64,000 bases of DNA. Source: an uncultured Flavobacteriales bacterium. GTDB lineage: Bacteria; Bacteroidota; Bacteroidia; Flavobacteriales_D; Crocinitomicaceae. Positions 58,894 through 64,000 of this stretch are shown here, piece by piece. The notes below the pieces were generated by a model. The model was not told where the DNA came from and did no database searches. It saw only the letters and a program-made list of their open reading frames with translations. The stretch's first letter is position 1. Each line of letters begins with the position of its first letter. The stretch spans positions 3,960 to 67,959 of the forward strand of contig CAJXCU010000004.1 in NCBI GenBank assembly GCA_913051935.1, given 5' to 3'. Made by a program: the position numbers and the translations under genes.

Positions 58894-60416
58894 TTTAAAA
58901 ATGAGGGTAAAAATTCTTCTGGAAAATTTTGATATGATATTGGTCTAATCCACCTTTTAATTGATTCCAAGCCGACTGAACTATATCTAGAGTCAGTACT
59001 TGCCGGGAATGGACCTCCATGAGTCATTGACCTACTTACTTCAACACCAGTAGGAAAATCATTAAAAAGTATTCTCCCTACTTTATTCTTTAAAATATTA
59101 ATGATTGAATTGATTTTATTATGATCCTCTTTTTCAGAATGAATAGTAGCGGTTAATTGCCCACTGAGTTTATTTAAACCTGATAATAATTCAGATAAAT
59201 TTTTACATTTAACTATTACAGAAAAAGGTCCAAAAACTTCTTCTCTTAATTCTGAATTTTCCAAAAAATCATTTAAACTAACAATTGCAATTTTGGTATT
59301 CACAAAATTATTTTCAGGTATTAATTTTTCATTTTTTAAAGAACCAACATTTTTTGTTTTAATAATAGACTCACTTCTATTTTCGTAATTAGATTTCATA
59401 TTTGGATGTAACATGCATTGATTTTGAATATCTTTTATTTTATCACCTATTTTTGTAATAAAATTATTTGTGTTTTCATCATCTATAGTAAAAATAATCC
59501 CAGGATTTGTACAAAACTGACCAGCTCCTAAACTAATTGAAGCAATTAGATTTTTAACTAAATCCTCACTTTTTTCTTTTATTGAACTTGGTAAAATTAT
59601 TATTGGATTAACACTTCCCATTTCAGCAAAAAATGGTATTGGTTCTTTTCTTTTTGAAACCATATCGAATAAAAACTTACCTCCTTTAAAACTCCCAGTA
59701 AATCCAACAGCTTTAATTTTAGAATCCATTACTAATTTTTGTCCTACTTCAAATCCTTTAGAATTCAAATTAGAAAAAATACCGTTAGGCATTTTAGTTT
59801 TAATAATTGCATTAATAATAGCTTTAGAAATTAATTCACTTGTACCACAATGCATTGGATGAGATTTTACTATTACAGGGCAACCACAAGCCAGAGCACT
59901 TGCTGTGTCTCCTCCAGCTGTAGAAAATGCTAAAGGAAAATTACTGGCTCCAAAAACAACTACAGGACCTAGAGCGACGGATGTTTTTCGTAAATCTGGT
60001 TTTGGTAAAGGTTTCCTATTAGGATCTGCAATATCAATAAAATTTTCTCTCCATTTTTCATTTTCAATCAAATTAGCGAATAAATTTAGTTGATTTATAG
60101 TTCTTGACCTTTCTCCAATTGCCCTTGGTTCAGGTAATCCACTTTCTTGACAATAAATTTTAATTAAATCGTCTCCAAGTTTCATTATTTCGTCACCAAT
60201 AGTTTTTAAAAAAAGGGATCTCTCAATACCTGGAATCTCTTTGTAATTATTAAAACTTTCACTTGCAAGACTTATAGCTAATTTAACTTCGTCCTCAGTA
60301 GCTTCAATGAATTTTGTTTTGTTTTCAATATTTTTTATTGGATTTATTGTCTTGAAAAATATTCCTCCTTTTCCAGATAAAGTATTTCCAATATAATTTT
60401 TGCCTGTTAATTCCAT
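58890..60416 (-). CDS. NADP-dependent aldehyde dehydrogenase, alpha-ketoglutarate semialdehyde (2,5-dioxovalerate) dehydrogenase-like
   Basis: ALDH fold. FGASNFPLAFS, EMGSVNP (general base Glu) and GAGQFCTNPG (catalytic Cys) are variants I associate with the KGSADH subfamily. ATGA overlap with the GH43-like gene. Confidence 0.7.
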   Translation of the reverse strand: MELTGKNYIGNTLSGKGGIFFKTINPIKNIENKTKFIEATEDEVKLAISLASESFNNYKEIPGIERSLFLKTIGDEIMKLGDDLIKIYCQESGLPEPRAIGERSRTINQLNLFANLIENEKWRENFIDIADPNRKPLPKPDLRKTSVALGPVVVFGASNFPLAFSTAGGDTASALACGCPVIVKSHPMHCGTSELISKAIINAIIKTKMPNGIFSNLNSKGFEVGQKLVMDSKIKAVGFTGSFKGGKFLFDMVSKRKEPIPFFAEMGSVNPIIILPSSIKEKSEDLVKNLIASISLGAGQFCTNPGIIFTIDDENTNNFITKIGDKIKDIQNQCMLHPNMKSNYENRSESIIKTKNVGSLKNEKLIPENNFVNTKIAIVSLNDFLENSELREEVFGPFSVIVKCKNLSELLSGLNKLSGQLTATIHSEKEDHNKINSIINILKNKVGRILFNDFPTGVEVSRSMTHGGPFPASTDSRYSSVGLESIKRWIRPISYQNFPEEFLPSFLK

Positions 60417-60426
60417 GAATAATTTA

Positions 60427-61260
60427 TTATTTTACTTTGTTTATTAAGATTCCAATATTTTCAATACTAATTTTAATAATATCATTTTTATTAAGGGTGA
60501 TGTCTTTTGGGGGAACAATTCCTGTTCCAGTCATTAAAAAAACTCCGTTAGGGAAAGAACACTCTCTAAAAAGATAATTAACTAATTCCTGATTTGATCT
60601 TTTCATTTGATTTGTTGAAATAGAATTATTAAAAATAATTTTATTTTTTCTTTCAATAGAAATTTTTTTATCTAAACCTTTATTTAATTCCTCCTGATTT
60701 TTAAGAACATACAGACATGGTCCCAAACTTGCACAGCCATCATATGTTTTTGCTTGGGGAAGATATAAAGGGTTTTCGCCTTCAATACTTCTTGAACTCA
60801 TATCATTACCTATTGTTAATCCAATAATTTTTTTATTTGATGTTGCAAATAATGTAAGTTCTGGCTCTGGAACATTCCAAGATGAATCTTTTCTAATTCT
60901 CACAAATTGATCGTTTCCAGAAATTCTGTTTTTAGTGGCTTTAAAAAAAAGCTCAGGCCTATCGGCATTATAAACTTTATTGTAGAATTCAGAGCCTCCA
61001 GATTTTTTAGATTCGTTTTCACGTTCTTTTTTACTTATTAGGTATGTCACTCCACTGGCCCATAATTCCTGAGATTCAATAGGAGGATCTATAAATTTTA
61101 TCTCAGATTTGTCAACAGTTGGCGCTGATAAAATTTGATTTTCAATCTTTGAAAATAAATTATCATCATTAACTAATAAATCCCAATTTTGATTATTTAA
61201 CAAGTAATAAGACTGATTGAAGTGAACTATTACACTGTTTTTTTTCTTATATAATTTCAT
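60427..61260 (-). CDS. Fumarylacetoacetate hydrolase (FAH) family protein, 2-keto-3-deoxy-pentonate dehydratase (KdaD)-like
   Basis: RPELFFKA, VPEPELTLF, IGNDMSSRSIEGENPLYLPQAKTY blocks of the FAH C-terminal fold. Family confidence is higher than specific-function confidence. Confidence 0.6.
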   Translation of the reverse strand: MKLYKKKNSVIVHFNQSYYLLNNQNWDLLVNDDNLFSKIENQILSAPTVDKSEIKFIDPPIESQELWASGVTYLISKKERENESKKSGGSEFYNKVYNADRPELFFKATKNRISGNDQFVRIRKDSSWNVPEPELTLFATSNKKIIGLTIGNDMSSRSIEGENPLYLPQAKTYDGCASLGPCLYVLKNQEELNKGLDKKISIERKNKIIFNNSISTNQMKRSNQELVNYLFRECSFPNGVFLMTGTGIVPPKDITLNKNDIIKISIENIGILINKVK

Positions 61261-61340
61261 TTAAAAAAAAATAAATTTGAAGTTTTTTACAATATAATTA
61301 ATTTGAAATAATATTTTTTAAGTATTATGTATCAAAGTTT

Positions 61341-61368
61341 TTGATATCGTAAAATATTTATATTTTTG
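61341..61368 (+). promoter_or_regulatory. Bacteroidota-type promoter candidate for tRNA-Gly/tRNA-Thr
   Basis: TTG at 61341-61343, a 17-nt spacer, then TATTTTTG (TAnnTTTG) at 61361-61368. 12 nt upstream of tRNA-Gly. Confidence 0.35.
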
Positions 61369-61379
61369 AATTCTTTTCT

Positions 61380-61452
61380 GCGGGAGTAGCTCAGTTGGTA
61401 GAGCGTCAGCCTTCCAAGCTGAATGTCGCCGGTTCGAACCCGGTCTCCCGCT
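61380..61452 (+). tRNA. glyT: tRNA-Gly (anticodon UCC)
   Basis: Acceptor GCGGGAG/CTCCCGC, anticodon stem TCAGC/GCTGA with loop CTTCCAA, T arm GCCGG TTCGAAC CCGGT. Confidence 0.9.
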
Positions 61453-61459
61453 CTAATTA

Positions 61460-61531
61460 GCCGATGTAGCTCAGGGGTAGAGCGTTTCCTTGGTAAGGAA
61501 GAGGTCAGGAGTTCAAATCTCCTCATTGGCT
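61460..61531 (+). tRNA. thrT: tRNA-Thr (anticodon GGU)
   Basis: Acceptor GCCGATG/CATTGGC (one G-U pair), anticodon stem TTTCC/GGAAG with loop TTGGTAA, T arm AGGAG TTCAAAT CTCCT. Confidence 0.85.
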
Positions 61532-61941
61532 CACTGAAAGTCAGTAAGTTATGTCTAAATATTTATCTATCTAAACTTACACAACTGAATAATAACTGAA
61601 TTTTAAAGGATTTTCAATCTCAACTTTTTTCTTAATTTTTACTGACTTTTCGCAATTATTCTGACCGAATTTTTGATCTCGATTGTATATATAGTATAGG
61701 GGAAAAAAAACTATAACCTTTTTTACTCTTAACTTAAATATAAGTAATTGATAATGAATGATTTAAATAAATATGCAGCAAGTTTGGTGAATAATAATTT
61801 ATCAAATAACTAAAAAAAGGATTTGAATCGATAGAACTCAGTTTAAACTCTATTGATTCATCTGTTCAAGATGTTGGAATTGTAAAATATATGGGTGGTG
61901 ATTCATTGAAAGATATTAAAAAAAGTCTATACGACATTTAG

Positions 61942-61995
61942 TATTTCTATATTATTTTAATATAAAAGGTTCGGTTCTAACCTTGACTCGAACCT
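61942..61995 (+). repeat. Copy 1 of a roughly 55-nt intergenic module (AT box + hairpin)
   Basis: TATTTCTATATTATTTTAATATAAAAGGTTCGGTTCT (61942-61978) is identical to 63281-63317. It continues into an imperfect hairpin GGTTCG..CGAACC. The ATG of a lipoprotein gene lies 44 nt downstream. Confidence 0.85.
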
Positions 61996-62038
61996 CTAAT
62001 TATTATTTATTATATTCGCACCTTAATTAAAAAATTTT

Positions 62039-62530
62039 ATGAAAAAATTATTACTGCTTACTTCACTATTTTTTGTTTTGTCTTGTGACAAAGGTTATGA
62101 AGATCGTGGAGCAGAATGTTTTCCAAACTGTCCATCGTTTCTTAAACAATTAGATGGAAAAGGTTTCGTTTATTCTGATGAAATTTCGGACAGTTATATC
62201 TTTTTTTACGATTCAGATATATTTTTGAAACAGGTTGAAGTTTACTACCCTGATCTTGATACTTATTGCGATTCTGTAAAAAGGGGTTCTAATACAGATG
62301 ATGGTTATAACTTTACTGCTGAAATTTTAAAAAACGATCCAAAATTGTTAGATGTCAAAATAAGTTACACTGACGACGAGGGGAACACTATATCCAGTGT
62401 TTACAAATATGTAGAAGTGTGTAAAACCCCAGCTTGTAATGAGGCTTTTATTAATGTAACTGAAAATAATGGTTCTTCTTCAAAAAATTATTATGAAACG
62501 TCCATAACACTCTCTTCTCTTTGCAATTAG
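62039..62530 (+). CDS. Small Cys-rich lipoprotein, function unknown
   Basis: MKKLLLLTSLFFVLSCDK lipobox. 163 aa. AT-rich codon usage. Confidence 0.55.
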   Translation: MKKLLLLTSLFFVLSCDKGYEDRGAECFPNCPSFLKQLDGKGFVYSDEISDSYIFFYDSDIFLKQVEVYYPDLDTYCDSVKRGSNTDDGYNFTAEILKNDPKLLDVKISYTDDEGNTISSVYKYVEVCKTPACNEAFINVTENNGSSSKNYYETSITLSSLCN

Positions 62531-62558
62531 CCCCTAAAACTTAAAAAAAATATAATTA

Positions 62559-63134
62559 TTGAACCTTAAATTAAAATTTTCAATTTTATTAATAACTACT
62601 ACTACTTTTTTTCACCTGACTATTGTGAGTGCCCAAAAAGTAAGCGTTAATGTCTCAGAAAGTTCAATTCATTGGATAGGTAAAAAAATAACTGGCCAAC
62701 ATGACGGAGTAATTAATCTATTGTCTGGAAATTTAATAATGGATAGTGGATTACTTACTGGTGGTAATTTTGTCGTAGATATGAATTCCATTAAAGCTAA
62801 AGACCTTAAAGGAGAAGATGCTAGAAAGTTAGAGAAGAGTTTAAAGTCCAATGAATGGTTTAATGTAGCAAAATATCCTGAAGCAAAATTAGTACTCACT
62901 TCTGTTGAGAATCTTGGTGAAGGATTCTATAATGTCAAAGGAGATTTTACAATCAAAGGAAAAACAAATCCCACTTCTTTTAAATTTCAATTAAATGATT
63001 TACAAGCAAAAACTAAGTTAATTATTGACCGTAGGTCATATAACATTCTATCTGGATCTAATTCAATCATAGTAAATATTAAAGATAAAGTGATTAATAA
63101 CGAATTTGAAATTGAGGTACATTTAAAACTCTAG
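62559..63134 (+). CDS. YceI family (polyisoprenoid-binding, lipocalin-like) periplasmic protein
   Basis: SSIHWIGKKITGQHDG..., GGNFVVDMNSI, WFNVAKYPEAKL, VKGDFTIKGKTNP blocks typical of YceI. TTG start (no in-frame ATG). Confidence 0.7.
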   Translation: MNLKLKFSILLITTTTFFHLTIVSAQKVSVNVSESSIHWIGKKITGQHDGVINLLSGNLIMDSGLLTGGNFVVDMNSIKAKDLKGEDARKLEKSLKSNEWFNVAKYPEAKLVLTSVENLGEGFYNVKGDFTIKGKTNPTSFKFQLNDLQAKTKLIIDRRSYNILSGSNSIIVNIKDKVINNEFEIEVHLKL

Positions 63135-63280
63135 TTATGTGATTTCCGCTTTATTTATATTTTTTTATGTTATTAAAACTTCCTACTATAATAACACTTT
63201 TAGAAGGTATATTGTATCAACTATTTGAAACCTTAATATTCAATGTTATTCAATCCTAAACATTACAATACGAATTGTAT

Positions 63281-63341
63281 TATTTCTATATTATTTTAAT
63301 ATAAAAGGTTCGGTTCTTAACTTGATCCGAACCTTTTTTTT
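63281..63341 (+). repeat. Copy 2 of the intergenic module; here the hairpin is a canonical rho-independent terminator
   Basis: The same 37-nt core as copy 1. Stem AAAGGTTCGG (63304-63313) / CCGAACCTTT (63327-63336), followed by a T run to 63341. The ATG of the next lipoprotein gene lies 31 nt after the T run. Confidence 0.85.
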
Positions 63342-63371
63342 ATATCTTGTAAATTATATAAGCTCAATTCA

Positions 63372-64000
63372 ATGCGAAAAGTTTATTTTTTATTAATCTT
63401 TATAATTTTTTCTTGTTCTAAACCTGCTGCGACCACTACTCAGTCTCCCGTTCTTAATGCAACTATAACTCCAAATACTGCCAGCAATTTAAATGCATCC
63501 TCAACATCAGCTAGCTCTACTAACGCCAGTTCAACTACGGCAACCTCAAAAGGAGGACTAACTCTTTATGATGTAGGAATAATTGAGTTAACGGATCATA
63601 CTCCACAACAAACTGCTTCAGCTATATCAGGAGGTGTTAGCGGTGCAATTTATTTTGTTAAAAACGGATTAGAACATTATATCATACCGGGAACATTGTT
63701 TTTTTCATACCCCTTAACACCAGTAACTCATTTTGTAAATAATGGTAATGGTTGGACTTTTAGTAAAGAGTATATTAATGTAAGGATGGGGGCAGGGAGA
63801 GATTATGAAATATTAAATGAAAATAAAGATTTGATATACTCGGATTTTGGACCTGAACTTAAAGAGGGAATTTGGCCAGGAGGGGACATATGGATAGCAG
63901 ATAACATAAATTCTGGAAATATTAATTGGACAAAAATCAATGAAGAGAAAAAATTTTGGCACTCTATTTCAACTGGAGATTTAAATGGAGACAATTTATA
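63372..64000 (+). CDS. Lipoprotein with a Ser/Thr-rich linker and an FG-GAP/VCBS-like motif, 3'-truncated by the window edge
   Basis: Not in the supplied ORF track because it has no stop in the window. My own translation from the ATG at 63372 is open to position 64000: MRKVYFLLIFIIFSCSKPAATTTQSPVLNATITPNTASNLNASSTSASSTNASSTTATSKGG...ISTGDLNGDNL. Confidence 0.6.
   Translation, partial: MRKVYFLLIFIIFSCSKPAATTTQSPVLNATITPNTASNLNASSTSASSTNASSTTATSKGGLTLYDVGIIELTDHTPQQTASAISGGVSGAIYFVKNGLEHYIIPGTLFFSYPLTPVTHFVNNGNGWTFSKEYINVRMGAGRDYEILNENKDLIYSDFGPELKEGIWPGGDIWIADNINSGNINWTKINEEKKFWHSISTGDLNGDNL

Noticed and set aside
61332-61526. 64-aa ORF on the minus strand
   Set aside because: It overlaps tRNA-Gly and tRNA-Thr completely, for the same reason as above.
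57824-64000. Annotating the AT-rich tract as a mobile genetic element / integrative island
   Set aside because: No recombinase, transposase, conjugation or phage genes, and no duplicated tRNA 3' end (att) could be found in the window. I report it as a compositional anomaly only.

Overview
This 64-kb window looks like a chromosomal segment of a low-GC Bacteroidota genome, probably Flavobacteriia-like. The diagnostics are three cargo proteins with type-B T9SS C-terminal domains, one with a type-A CTD, a PorP/SprF gene, a fused CcsBA cytochrome c synthase, and TTG/TAnnTTTG promoter-like motifs. I support about 50 CDS. Most are housekeeping genes (hemA-hemC-hemD, mfd, fbp, dnaN, rlmN, a comM/yifB-like gene, ABC-F, SulP, ccsBA). 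These are interleaved with secreted or surface proteins and a tandemly duplicated histidine kinase plus single-domain response regulator cassette. There are four tRNA genes. I saw no rRNA, CRISPR array, transposase, integrase or recognisable defence system.

The most notable observations are:
1. The deeply conserved tRNA order Thr(UGU)-Tyr(GUA)-Gly(UCC)-Thr(GGU) is split by a 3.5-kb very AT-rich three-gene catabolic cassette. It is not followed by tuf. An AT-rich tract starts there and runs to the window end.
2. A full-length DXR homologue has all three metal ligands and most substrate-binding residues replaced. It is translationally coupled to a small lipoprotein gene.
3. Two paralogous sensor kinases each carry a roughly 134-residue insert between the H-box helix and the second DHp helix.
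4. A signal-peptide-bearing collagen-repeat protein ends in a phage tail-fibre-type S74 chaperone domain, with no prophage around it.

I found no compelling evidence for a wholly new multi-gene system. Candidates are flagged with moderate scores and explicit tests.
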